Source: Octopus sinensis (lineage: Eukaryota). From it: a stretch of DNA of 64,000 nucleotides. The notes beneath the pieces were generated by a model. The model saw only the letters and a program-made list of their open reading frames with translations. It had not been told where the DNA came from and made no database searches. Each line of letters starts with the position of its first letter. Position 1 is the stretch's first letter. The stretch lies in the NCBI RefSeq assembly GCF_006345805.1, contig NW_021832262.1, positions 1 to 64,000 on the forward strand, read 5' to 3'. Of this stretch, positions 50,463 to 64,000 are shown piece by piece. A program made the translations under genes and the position numbers.

Positions 50463-51443
50463 GATATATCCATATACACAATAATGTTACCATATACACG
50501 ATAATGTCACCATATACACAATAATATTACCATACACAATAATGTTACCAAACACACAATATTCACAATATTTCCATGTACACAACAATGTTACTATATA
50601 CACAATAAAGTTTGCATATACACAATAATATTACCATATACACAATGATGTTATATACACGAATGTTTACATATACACAATAATGTTATGATATACACAA
50701 TAATGCTTTCATATACACAATAATGTTTTCATATACAAAATAATATTTCCATATTCACAATAACGTTACAATATACACAATAATGTTTTATATACACAAT
50801 AATGCTTTTATATACACATTAATGTTTTCATAGGCACCAATAATGTTTTCATATACACAATAACGTTACCATGTACACAATAATGTTTTCATATACATAA
50901 TAATGTTTCCATATACACAATAATATTTCCATATACACAATAATGTTTTCATATACACAATAATGCTTTTATATACACAATAATGTTTTCATATACACAA
51001 TAATGTTTTTATATACACAATAACGCTACTATGTATACAATAATATTTCCATATACAAAATAATGTTTTTATATACACAATAATGTTTTCATACGTACCA
51101 ATAATGTTTTCATATACATAATAATGATTCCATATACACAATAATATTTCCATATACACAATAACGTTACCATATACACAATAATGTTTTCATATACTCA
51201 ATAATGTTACCATATACACATTAAAGTTTTTCATAGGCACCAATAATATTTTCATATACACAATAACATTACCATGTACACAATAATGTTACTATATACA
51301 CAATAATATTTCCATATACAGAATAACATTACCATGTACACAATGATGTTTTTATATACACAATAATGCTTTTATATACACAATAATGTTTTCATATACA
51401 CATTAATGTTTCCATATACACAATAACGCTACCATATACACAA
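50463..51443. repeat. 20-bp AT-rich minisatellite (TAATGTTTTCATATACACAA), roughly 49 units
   Basis: A 20-bp period is visible through most of the array. Confidence 0.95.
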
Positions 51444-51444
51444 T

Positions 51445-51692
51445 CATCATCATCGTTTAATGTCCGCTTTCCATGCTGGCATGGATTGGACGGTTCAACT
51501 GGGTCTGGGAAACCAGTAGGCTGCACCAGGCCCAGTCTGATCTGGCAATGTTTCTACGACTGGATGCCCTTCCTAACGCCAACCACTCCATGAGTGTAGT
51601 GGGTGCTTTTTACGTGACACCGGCACAGGTGCCAGACGAGGCTGGCAAACGGCCACGATCGGATGGTGCTTTTTACGTGCCACCGGCACGGA
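51445..51692 (-). mobile_element. RTE-tail SINE
   Basis: Same family as the 43-44 kb copies. Confidence 0.8.
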
Positions 51693-52195
51693 CTGGTTAT
51701 TATAATTCCTTGATTTATGAATCGACTGGATGGTCACTACAATGATGTAACTAAATGAACAATGATATTTTCATGTACAACACCATGATAATATTGTTAC
51801 AGTTTTAAACCGGCCTTTAAGCAGCAGATCTATAGCAAGTCTGTCAACCTGGCAGCAGAACTCACCCTTGTGATTCTTCAAATAGCATATTACCGAATCA
51901 GATAACCTCACCTCCTTTGGTTTTCAGACCACAGTGGTTCTTACACACACACATGTACAAGTACATAAATGCACACATATGCATCAACTAGGTTATGTTT
52001 TTTTTTTCAAGAGCATTGAGTTTTTGAGAATTCCCTCAGTTCAGTTCTTAGGTAGGGAGCCTAATCCAAAAGCTGGTTTAATCCTGGTCTTTAGCAGAAT
52101 CCAGGATTTATTTAGGAGCTGGTTTTTCTTGCAAAGATATCTTGTCTTTCTTCCTGTATCTGTGGGGTGTGCATGTGAGTGTGCACATGTGTATC

Positions 52196-52239
<44 letters not shown>

Positions 52240-52496
52240 CATACATACATACATACATACATACATACATACATACATACATACATACATAAATATATAT
52301 ACATACATATATATATATATATACATGAATATATTGGCATATCTGTGTGTGTGCATGTATGTATGTATACATGCATGTATGTAAATATGTATATACAAAT
52401 GTATTAATGTGTGTTTGTGTGTTTGCATACATGGATGTATGTAAATATATATATACAAATGTATGCATGCATGAATGTATGTAAATATATATATAT

Positions 52497-52935
52497 AGGT
52501 GTAGGAGTGGCTGTGTGGTAAGTAGCTTGCTTCCCAACCACATGGTTCAGGGTTCAGTCCCCTGTGTGGCACCTTGGGCAAGTGTCTTCTACTATAGCCT
52601 TGGACCGACCAAAGCCTTGTAAGTGGATTTGGTAGACGGAAACTGAAAGGAGCCCGTCGTATGTATGTATAATCATATATATATGTATACATATATATAT
52701 GTTTGTGTGTATGTGTTTGTGTGTCTGTATTTGTCACCCCGACATTGCCTGACAACTGATGCTGGTGTGTTTACGTCCCCGTAACTTAGCGGTTTGGAAA
52801 AAGAGACCAATAGAATAAGTACTAGGCTTACAAAGAATAAGTCCTGGGGTCGATTTGCTCGATCAAAGACGGTGCTCCAGCATGGTCACAGTCAAATGAC
52901 TGAAACAAGTAGAAGAGTAAAAGAGAGAGTAAAAG
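52497..52935 (+). mobile_element. CORE-type SINE, full length
   Basis: Matches the consensus. Confidence 0.9.
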
Positions 52936-52950
52936 AGTATATATACACAT

Positions 52951-52983
<33 letters not shown>

Positions 52984-53487
52984 CACACACACACATACAC
53001 ACATATACACACATATATACAGTTATACAGTTTGAAATTTCATAGTTTCCTTTTGGCCGAAGAAAAATGGATTTCTTCATTTGTCTTTAAATCTGAAGAC
53101 ACCATATTTGGAAATCAATCAATCAAACCATTCTATGTATTGATGACAGAATATCAAAACTATGTCAAAGACTTGTTTTCCACTTGTAGAAGCAGAACCA
53201 TAACATTCTCTTCCTCCTCCTTTCTAAGCCATACCAATTCTTTTCCACATCGATGCAACTGTACTCATTATGCTGGCATCAAAGACATTTATGGCAAGGG
53301 TTATTGCTAAGTAATTTCATGTAGTAGTACCCCCCTCTTGTTAAATAAACAATTCACGCCAAATATATGGCTTTTACATAGAGAGTCTGCTAGTAACAAC
53401 AAGAAATAGGGATTGGTAAAGGATAATTTAGGGTGTAAGTACTTTTGCTTCTACAAGTAATGTTGTTGTTATTATTATCGTTAGTAT

Positions 53488-54636
<1,149 letters not shown>

Positions 54637-54647
54637 CATCATTATTA

Positions 54648-54724
<77 letters not shown>

Positions 54725-54824
54725 GGATTGTTTCCTTTATTCTTTGCTATTATTCCAAAAAGTAGTGAACTGGCAGAATCTTAGAGCATTGGGGAAAATG
54801 CTTGGCGGTATTTGTTCTTAATTC

Positions 54825-55170
54825 ATAGGTGCAGGAGTGGCTGTGTGGTAAGTAGCTTGCTTACAAACCACATGGTTCTGGGTTCAGTCCCACTGAAGTA
54901 GATTTGGTAGACGGAAACTGAAAGAAGCCCGTCGTATATATGTATATGTATATATATGTGTGTGTGTGTTTGTCTGTCTGTGTTTGTACCCCCAACATCG
55001 CTTGACAACTGATGCTGGTGTGTTTACGTCCCTATAACTTAGCGGTTTGGCAAAAGAGACCGATAGAATAAGTACTAGGCTTACAAAGAATAAGTCTTGG
55101 GGTCGATTTGCTCAACTAAAGGCGGTGCTCCAGCATGGCCACAGTCAAATGACTGAAACAAGTAAAAGAG
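54825..55170 (+). mobile_element. CORE-type SINE with an internal deletion
   Basis: The CORE-like segment is missing after cccactg. Confidence 0.85.
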
Positions 55171-55489
55171 GTCAAATCTAACCAATTTCAACTTTGTCTG
55201 TCATCCCTCCCGGGTCAATAAAGTACTGGTAACGTAAGGGAATGTGTTTCAATTGTCTATTCCCAACCCCTTAAAACGTCAGGTCTTGTGCCTATATTAG
55301 ACAAAAATATTGTTATTTGTGATAGAGCAGTGTCAATGGCCAAGTCAGTCAGTTCCTTAGGTTACAAATTTGTTTTAGGGTTCTGAGTTCAAATCTTGCC
55401 AAGAACAAAGCCATCCATCTTTAGTTTTTACAAATCATTTTGTTCTGGCTGTAAGTTACCAAACCCCAAGAAACTATTTCCAACCCATC

Positions 55490-55885
55490 ATCATCATCAT
55501 CATCGTTTAGCGTCCGTTCTCCATGCTAGCATGGGTTGGATGGTTCAACTGGGGTCTGGGAAGCACGAAGGCTGCACCAGGCTCCAGTCTGATCTGGCAG
55601 TGTTTCTACAGCTGGATGCTCTTCCTAACGCCAACCACTCCGTGAGTGTAGTGGGTGCTTCCTACGTGCCATCGACACAGGTGCCAGACGAGGCTGGTGA
55701 ACGGCAATGCTCGGATGGTGTTTTTTACATGCCACTGGCACGGAGGCCAGGCGAGGCTGGCAATGGCCACGATTGGATGGTGTTTGTTACGTGCCACCGG
55801 CACAGAGGCCAGTCGATGCGTGGCTGATTGTGGCCGTTGCCAGCCTCGCCTGGCCTCCATGCCGGTGGCACGTAAAAAACACCAT
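55490..55885 (-). mobile_element. RTE-tail SINE with several tandem internal modules
   Basis: Repeated gatggtg...tttacgtgccac...ggcac modules. Confidence 0.8.
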
Positions 55886-56333
55886 CTAACCCACAAACAC
55901 ACACAAAGATACCTAAACACACACACACACACACAAATGTATACTGACAGACACACTGAAGGACACATACAGACACGCATGTAGATAACATATACACAAG
56001 CATATACATACACATACATACATACGCACTCAGACACAAAGACACACACATTCATATATGAAAGCACACAAACATACACATACAATCATACTTATTGACA
56101 TATGCATATACATACACACATTTGCATACAAATGAGTTGTGATTGAGGCAGGTGGAATTGAATCTGATGCTATCTCTCCTCAAACCACCACCACCACCAC
56201 CCTCACCACCCTACCATCATCATCATCATCATAATCATTCTATAAACCTTGGTGTTTTGCTGTTAATTTTCTATTTTGTTCTTTGATTTCTTGCTTCGAT
56301 AATTAAACGGTTTATTTTCTTCTCTTATTTCAG

Positions 56334-56387
56334 GAAAGCAACACCGAACAAAAAAGTTTGTGTGATAAAGAATGTAAATTAAAGAAT
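56334..56387 (+). CDS. Candidate 54-nt internal coding exon (phase 0-0; ESNTEQKSLCDKECKLKN), gene unidentified
   Basis: Acceptor tttattttcttctcttatttcAG, donor AAT|GTAAGT; only frame 0 is open; length divisible by 3; non-repetitive context. Confidence 0.55.
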
Positions 56388-57052
56388 GTAAGTAGCTTAA
56401 TTAGATTTTCTAAATAATATTCCTTTCAAAACAGGTGATGCTTTAATTGAGGAAAAAATATTGTTTCTGAAAATTTTTTTATCCCGTTTTCTTAACGTCA
56501 CAAATTTTTACCTTTTATTTTCTGGTTCATTACCTTCAGAAATGGATGTAAAATGAATTAATTGATACTTGAATTCATGGTCATATCCAACCACGACCAC
56601 TACCACTAAATTAACTGCCGCTATTTTATCTTATTCTTTTGCATTGTTATTTCTGTAGTGAGTTCATTGGTAATTAAAAAATGACTGTTTTGTTTTGGTT
56701 TATCAACAATAAGTTCATGAAACGGACCTATTGTCGATATACTTCTTACCAAATGGCTGTGCCGGCATGGCTGTGTGGTAAGAAGTTTATTTCCCAACCA
56801 CATGGTTCCAGGTTCAGTCTCACTGCTTGGCACCTTGGGCAAGTGTCTTCTACTACAGCCTGAGCCAACCAAAACCTGTGAGTGGATTTGACTGAGAGAA
56901 ACTGAAAGAAACTGAAAGGCAGTGAGCTAGCAGAAATGATAGCACGCTGGGATATGCTCAACTAGTTAAGGTTACCCTCTGACAGAAAGGTATGAAGTCA
57001 AGAGGCAGCAGAAAGCCATGTTTTTACCAATTCTTAAAGAACAACGAGCAAA

Positions 57053-57472
57053 TAGGCGCAGGCGTGGCTGTGTGGTAAGTAGCTTGCTAACCAACCACAT
57101 GGTTCCGGGTTCAGTCCCACTGCGTGGCATCTTGGGCAGGTGTCTTCTGCTATAGCCCCAGGCCGACCAATGCCTTGTGAGTGGATTTGGTAGACGGAAA
57201 CTGAAAGAAGCCTGTCGTATATATGTATACATATATATATATGTATGTGTGTTTGTGTGTCTGTGTTTGTCCCCCCAGCATTGCTTGACAACCGATGCTG
57301 GTGTGTTTACGTCCCCGTCACTTAGCGGTTTGGCAAAAGAGACCGATAGAATAAGTACTGGGCTTACAAAAGAATAAGTCCCGGGGTCGAGTTGCTCGAC
57401 TAAAGGCGGTGCTCCAGCATGGTCGCAGTCAAATGACTGAAGCAAGTAAAAGAGTAAAAGAGTAAAAGAGTA
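57053..57472 (+). mobile_element. CORE-type SINE, full length
   Basis: Near-consensus. Confidence 0.92.
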
Positions 57473-57531
57473 AATTGACCTGGGGTAGGATTTGAACTTA
57501 GGACATCAAGAGATGAGACTAAATACCAATT

Positions 57532-57943
57532 TCTTTATTACCCACACGGGGCTAAACACAGAGAGGACAAACAAAGACAGACGAACGGATTAAGTCGATT
57601 ATATCGACTCCAGTGCGTAACTGGTACTTAATTTATCGAGCCCGAAAGGATGAAAGGCAAAGTCGACCTCGGCGGAATTTGAACACAGAACGTAGCGGCA
57701 GACGAAATACCTATTTCTTTATTACCCACAAGGGGCTAAACACAGAGGGGACAAACAAAGACAGACGAACGGATTAAGTCGATTATATCGACCCCAGTGC
57801 GTAACTGGTACTTAATTTATCGACCCTGAAAGGATGAAAGGCAAAGTCGACCTCGGCGGAATTTGAATTCAGAACGTAGCGGCAGACGAAATACGGCTAC
57901 GCATTTTGCCTGGCGTGCTAACGATTCTGCCAGCTCGCCACCT
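57532..57943 (-). mobile_element. Meta-type SINE dimer
   Basis: Junction complement cgaaatacctatttcttt near 57705. Confidence 0.9.
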
Positions 57944-58359
57944 TTATGAGACTAAATACCACAATGCATTTTGTTTGGTGCTCTACTGATTCTATAAAAG
58001 GCATTTAGTGTTAGTGCTGTATTGTTGCTCTTGGTCCACCACCCTCTTCTAGTAAGATAATATTTCTGTCCTAGTTTCGTCTTCATATGAGGCATGTTTT
58101 CATCAATATCATTTGATTGATAAACCTCGTTACAGAGCAACATCCCCCTCCTGCTTCCTCCTCTTTGCATGCCGACCTCTAAAAATGATCCATCATATTG
58201 GTGTTTTGTATGTTTTGTATGTTTTGCATGTTGTTTTTTTTTGTTTTTTTTTTTTACTGTTGCTTTTAGTCCACTATTGCAACATTTTAATGAATTAGAG
58301 ATGTCATCGAAATGGAAATTCATATTTCTTCCTTGCGATGCCCCTGTTGCTTGTTGATG

Positions 58360-58384
58360 GCGATGATGACGATGATGATGACGA

Positions 58385-58418
<34 letters not shown>

Positions 58419-58700
58419 GGTGGTGGTGGTGGTGGTGGTGGTGGTGATGATGGTGATGATGATGATGACGATGACGATGACGATGACAATGGCGATGGCG
58501 ATGACGATGGCGATGGCGATACCGATGGCGATGGTGGTGGTGGTGGTGATGGTGATGATGATGATAATGATAATGATGACGATGACGATGATGATGATGA
58601 TGATGATAGTGATGATGATAGTGATGATGACGATGACGATGATGATGATGATAGTGATTCTAACGATGATGATTATGATGATGATGATCATCATCATCAT
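58360..58700. repeat. (GAT/GAC/GGT)n microsatellite
   Basis: Direct reading; source of the poly-D/G and poly-M ORFs. Confidence 0.95.
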
Positions 58701-59030
58701 CGTTTCTTCATCCAGAAGGATTGTTTTCATTTGTTATCTGTCATTCCCTCTAACATTACTGCTCTTTCGTTAATGCCTATTTCATCGGTTTTTTGTTTTT
58801 GCTGTTGTTTTTTATTTAAAGTATTTTAATTATGGGAATTGCTAGCATGCTGAGCAAAATGTTTAGCGGTACTTCGTCTGTTTTTACATTCTGAGTTCAA
58901 ATTCCGCTGGGGATGCCTTCACCTTTCATCCTCCAGGGTTGATAAAATAACTACCAGTTGAGCACAGGGGTCAATGTCATCCGTTTAACCCATCCCCCGA
59001 AATTGCTGGCCCTGTGACAAAACTTGAAAC

Positions 59031-59069
<39 letters not shown>

Positions 59070-59078
59070 TACTATTAC

Positions 59079-59120
<42 letters not shown>

Positions 59121-59129
59121 TATTTTTAT

Positions 59130-59519
59130 TACTCTTTTACTCTTTACTCTTTTACTTGTTTCAGTCATTTGACTGCGGCCATGCTGGAGCACTGCCTTTA
59201 GTCGAGCAAATCGACCCCGAGACTTATTCTTAGTTAGCCCAGTACTTATTCTATCGGTCTCCCTTGCCAAACCGCTAAGTGACGGGGATGTAAACACACC
59301 AGCATCGGTTGTCAAGCAATGCTAGGGGGACAAACACAGGCACACATATATATACATATATACGAGAGGCTTCTTTCAGTTTCCGTCTACCAAATCCACT
59401 CACAAGGCATTGGTCGGCCCGGGGCTGTAGCAGAAGACACTTGCCCAAGATGCCACACAGTGGGACTGAACCCGGAACCATGTGGTTGGTTAGCAAGCTA
59501 CTTACCACACAGCCACTCC

Positions 59520-59521
<2 letters not shown>
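59130..59521 (-). mobile_element. CORE-type SINE
   Basis: Reverse complement of the consensus. Confidence 0.9.
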
Positions 59522-59558
<37 letters not shown>

Positions 59559-59773
59559 GATGTCAAAATATCGTTTACTAGATGACAATTGCACTCTTCT
59601 TTTAATTTTGACTCTATATCTTCTGGAAAAGTTACCTCGATCCTATATATATTAACCAAAATAAGTATCAGTCAAACACTGGAATTGATGTAATTAAACA
59701 CTGGGGTTGTTGAAACCAGTATTTTAATTATGGGAAGCTAGTCTGTAGCTAAATGAATAACTGTTACTTTCCA

Positions 59774-60558
59774 TTAACCCTTTCATTACTGTATTTATTT
59801 CAGCTGGGTTTTAACAAAAGGGTTAATTTAATTACACATCTTAACCCTTTTGTTACTGTATTTCTGTTGAGATGCTCTGTGTTTCTTTCAATTTAATTAT
59901 AAATATAAGAAAGAATTTAGTAAAATAATTTAGTTGTCATTCAGCTAGTGTTAGGAACATAAATTGTGACTAAGGGTTTGGTGGAAGATTTTAATTCAAA
60001 ACTTATGAAAACAAAACATTTGTACTCAGAGCCAGAGCCGGTTTCAGCTGGGTTTTAACAAAAGGGTTAATTTAATCACACAACTTAACCCTTTCGTTAC
60101 TGTATTTCTGTTGAGATGCTCTGTGTTTCTTTCAATTAATTATAAATATAAGAAAGAATTTAGTAAAATAACTTAGTTGTCATTCAGCAAGTGTTAGGAA
60201 CATAAATTGTGACTAAGGGTTTGGTGGAAGATTTTAATTCAAAACTTATGAAAACAAAACATTTGTACTCAGAGCCAGAGCCGGTTTCAGCTGGGTTTTA
60301 ACAAAAGGGTTCATTTAATCACACATCTTAACCCTTTTGTTACTGTATTTATTTTGAGATGCTCTGTGTTTCTTTCAATTTAATTATAAATATAAGAAAG
60401 AATTTAGTAAAATAACTTAGTTGTCATTCAGCTAGTGTTAGGAACATAAATTGTGACTAAGGGTTTGGTGGAAGATTTTAATTCGAAACTTATGGAAACA
60501 AAACATTTGTACTCAGAGCCAGAGCCGGTTTCAGCCGGGTTGGTAACAAAAGGGTTAA
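59774..60558. mobile_element. Tandem array of piggyBac-type MITEs (one mini copy and three full copies, period 243-244 bp)
   Basis: TTAACCCTTT...AAAGGGTTAA units starting at 59774, 59841, 60085 and 60328, separated by a 14-bp spacer tttaat(t/c)acaca(t/a)c. Confidence 0.9.
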
Positions 60559-60569
60559 AATACTCTCAC

Positions 60570-61030
60570 AAACCTTAAAATAATTGCACTCACCCACCTG
60601 CTTCTCATGAATGACCCATGCCTAAAAAAAATCCACTCAAAATTGCAACAAATAATGGACCTCTCAATTTCTGACATTTCACAGGAGCCACACATCTCTA
60701 GCATTACCAAAATCTGCTTCTCAATAACTATACCTCCTCAGGGTTAGAAAAAGAAAAGAACGTTTCATATTTAACCACTGACTGACCTTTTACAAAGTTC
60801 AGGTGTGAGCTACCTAGGCTGAGTCCTGCTACAAACACATCTCAGACTACATCAGTAAAATTGCTATTTGGTTAATTAGCAATACTTCACTCACCAAAAC
60901 TCTACAGTCACAGACCCACAGATGGCTTTTGTGGTTTCTCCCTACTTCTCTGTATTAATGAGCCACATACAATTTCTACCTTCTACCTTGTTAGACACCC
61001 ACCTGTCTTCTGCTGATCATCCTTTCCCAA
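60570..61030 (+). mobile_element. Possible highly decayed CR1/L2 RT fragment
   Basis: Scattered motif resemblance only. Confidence 0.25.
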
Positions 61031-61074
61031 ATCCTGCACTCAATTCTTCATTTCCAGAATTTTAACATCTTCCA

Positions 61075-61274
61075 TACCGATGCTGGACCCCCCTGGCACC
61101 TGTGCAGGTGGCACGTAAAAAGCACCCACTACACTTGCGGAGTGGTTGGCGTTAGGAAGGGCATGCAGCTGTAGGAACTCTGCCAGATCAGACTGGAGCC
61201 TGGTGCAGCCCCTGGCTTCCCAGACCCCAGTCGAACTGTCCAACCCATGCTAGCACGGAAAACGGACGTTAAAC

Positions 61275-61305
<31 letters not shown>
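61075..61305 (+). mobile_element. RTE-tail SINE with (GAT)n tail
   Basis: acccatgctagcacggaaaacggacgttaaac(gat)n. Confidence 0.85.
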
Positions 61306-61307
<2 letters not shown>

Positions 61308-61550
61308 ACCTATGTTATTGTAGTTTAGCCCATGTTTTAACCCATGGGCTGTATGGAGCTAAGTCCTCAATACTAATGTATGTGTATGCTATGACTTACT
61401 GTCAACAAATATATTCTATAGGGCTTGGTGTATTGTTTTGCCTGGGTGGAAGAGGAAACCATAATGCTGTCAAGATGACTGAATGAATGCATTAAACTGC
61501 ATGTATTAGGGAGGCTCCAGTTTAGGAGTTCCAGAGCTGTGGGGAGCATA

Positions 61551-61715
61551 CAGTTGTGGGCAAAAGTTTGGAACATTTCTTTAAAAATTAAAATTGTTAT
61601 ACCCACCATATTACTGTAAGTAGTAATAATATAGTGCTGATCAAATATAACCTTGGGCATTTAATATAAAGATTCTAATTTTCAGATCTATGTTCCAAAC
61701 TTTTGGCCATGAAAG
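61551..61715. mobile_element. Tc1/mariner-type MITE
   Basis: TA on both sides; 25-bp TIRs matching at 20 of 25 positions (CAGTTGTGGGCAAAAGTTTGGAACA / TGTTCCAAACTTTTGGCCATGAAAG). Confidence 0.65.
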
Positions 61716-61914
61716 TAGAATCACTTCTTACCTTTACTCCCAGGTCAGTTCTGATCCAGAACGGTAGTACCTGACAGGTTCCTATCTATGGATTCAATAA
61801 ATTTCCCTGGGGTAAGAGCAGGCTCTTGTTATTTTTGACAAAGTTGTGGGGAAGACAGCTCTTCTAGGAGAAAGATACTCTGACATAAAACTTGCAGTCG
61901 AAATATTGATTTCA

Positions 61915-62304
61915 AATTTTGGCACAAGGCCAGAAATTTCAGGGAAGGGGATAAGTCGAATACAACAACACCAGTGTTCAACTGGTACTTATATTATCGA
62001 CCCTGAAACGATGAAAGGTAAAGTTGACCTTGGTGGAATTTGAACTCAGAACATAAATACACAAGAAATACCTATTTCTTTACTACCAACAAGGGGCTAA
62101 ACATAGAGGGCACAAACAAAGACAGACAAATGGATTAAGTCAATTACATCAACCCCAGTGCGTAACTTGTACTTAATTTATTGACCCTGAAAGGATGAAA
62201 GGCAAAGTCGACCTCGGCGGAATTTGAACTCAGAACGTAACGGCAGACGAAATACGGCTACGCATTTCGCCCGGCGTGCTAATGGTTCTGCCAGCTCGCC
62301 ACCT
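61915..62304 (-). mobile_element. Meta-type SINE with a second unit joined at the standard junction
   Basis: gaaatacctatttcttt near 62066. Confidence 0.85.
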
Positions 62305-62406
62305 TACTTGCCGTCAAAATATTACCAGTCATCTCACGGTGCTTGTAACCAGAACTATTATGGCAACCGAGAGAGTGGCAAAAGTGTTGTACAAGTTTTT
62401 ATCACT

Positions 62407-62632
62407 TAACCCTTTAGTATTTAAACCGGTCATATCCGGCCAAAATAGCTAGTCTGCTTTATGTTCAAACTGACCAGATGCAGGCTCTCACACCTACCCT
62501 ACAATGTTATTCTACATGAAGTAATTACACCATCAAGATCTTGAAGATATGAGATAATGCATGATTAATTCAAATCAATGGGAATCAATAAGCATTATGT
62601 TTGATAGAATAATCTGAACACTAAAGGGTTAA
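62407..62632 (+). mobile_element. Monomeric piggyBac-type MITE (the monomer of the fold-back dimers)
   Basis: TTAACCCTTTAG...CTAAAGGGTTAA. Confidence 0.85.
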
Positions 62633-62979
62633 ATCCAATGATGTACAAATGTTTCCCTAACATAATGTGAGGCAGCCATCATCAGACAAGATGAAGCTGT
62701 TGTTATATATACATTCATAGAGATTTGTGTGTACAGACTTGTGTATTACTTACTTATATACTTACACATTTAATGAACAAGTTCAAAGTTTTCTGATTTT
62801 TTTCTCTTGTTTTTCTGTTTTCATTATAGACAATACTTTTTTTGCTGTAATCAACAAAATTGGAATTCTAAAAAAAATCGGATTGTAATTGAATAAAAGT
62901 CTTTTATAAAGATATTAGTTTTTAATAGGAATATCACAAAAATTAAAAAAACAAAACAAAAATTTACACACATATATAT

Positions 62980-63036
<57 letters not shown>

Positions 63037-63092
63037 GTGTGTATATATATTATATATATATATATACACATATATATATATGCACATATATA

Positions 63093-63147
<55 letters not shown>

Positions 63148-63796
63148 GTATATATATATTTAGAGAGAGAGAGAGAGAGAGATAATTAGACATATACTTT
63201 ATTTTTATCAAACAGAGGTCTCTCCCTCCACCACTGCATTAACTTGGTTACACAAATATATACATCCTTTAATTGTCCAATCAATGACTATCTCTGTTAA
63301 TTACTGGCTAATTACCAACATTACCAAAATTACTTAAATATTGATATTAACTGCTTGCTTGCAGGAAATTACAAATTATTTCATGTGATGTGTCCAAAAT
63401 TTTTCAGTTTCTAATAACCGTTAGGCTCATAGACAATTCCCTAGGTTTATTAACCTCGTTAGCTGTTTATATTGTGTATTCTTACTCTCTACAGATAATT
63501 TAGGTAATCTTGATTAAGCCAAGCTGATGATACCGAACAACAACAACAAAAAATCCCCGACTAAATTGCCCCTTTTTTCTTTTTCTTTTTTTTTTTCCAA
63601 AGTAATTAGCAATTAAGATATTCTTGAAGACCAATCCTTAGTTTCTTTTGAAGATCATTTTCATCAAAATCCTCTCTGTTTCAAAGACCAAGCATGTTCC
63701 TAAAAGCAATAATGGTCAGATGAAACTCAGAGTAGCAATGTCTAAAGAGATGAAAGTGGTTAGCTGGCAAACTTTTTAGCGGCATTTCATCCATAC

Positions 63797-64000
63797 TCTC
63801 TTTTACTCTTTTACTTGTTTCAGTCATTTGACTGCGGCCATGCTGGAGCACCGCCTTTAGTCGACCAAATCGACCCCGGGACTTATTCTCTGTAAGCCCA
63901 GTACTTATTCTATCAGTCTCTTTTGCCGAACCACTAAGTGACAGGGACGTAAACACACCAGCATCAGTTGTCAAGCAATGCTAGGGGGACAAACACAGAC
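63797..64000 (-). mobile_element. CORE-type SINE, 3' half (runs off the window)
   Basis: Reverse complement of the consensus. Confidence 0.9.

Noticed and set aside
53032-53310. 92-aa ORF and protein-like antisense fragments
   Set aside because: No motif recognised, and multiple stops in the more protein-like frames; cannot be supported.
63520-63545. CTGATGA-tacc-GAAC hammerhead-like string
   Set aside because: No stem II and no stem I or III pairing.

Overview
Eukaryotic, very AT-rich, microsatellite- and transposon-dense DNA. From recall (no database search), the SINE families look like those of coleoid cephalopods, most likely Octopus: a CORE-type tRNA-SINE, a Meta-domain-type SINE, a tRNA-Arg-headed OR-type SINE and an RTE-tail SINE. 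There is no credible long protein-coding ORF. The supplied ORFs I examined are mostly translations of microsatellites or SINE consensus, and a few come from decayed LINE ends. The window is probably intronic or intergenic to a large gene. The best gene evidence is on the + strand: one 54-nt exon (56334-56387) and a strong AG|GTAAGT site at 20353/20354 that looks like a recursive-splicing ratchet point. The most unusual observations are: (1) hAT MITEs that moved as composite dimers and trimers with captured spacers, supported by 8-bp TSDs around whole multimers and one 45-bp spacer shared by two loci; (2) piggyBac-type MITE fold-back dimers and tandem arrays; (3) Meta-type SINE multimers with the same ~184-bp head-less unit and the same junction at about six loci; (4) two decayed Penelope-type hammerhead ribozyme motifs; (5) an inverted patchwork copy of nearby sequence; (6) a GC-rich structured island at 23.7 kb. 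All coordinates were counted by hand; repeat ends not fixed by a TSD are approximate.
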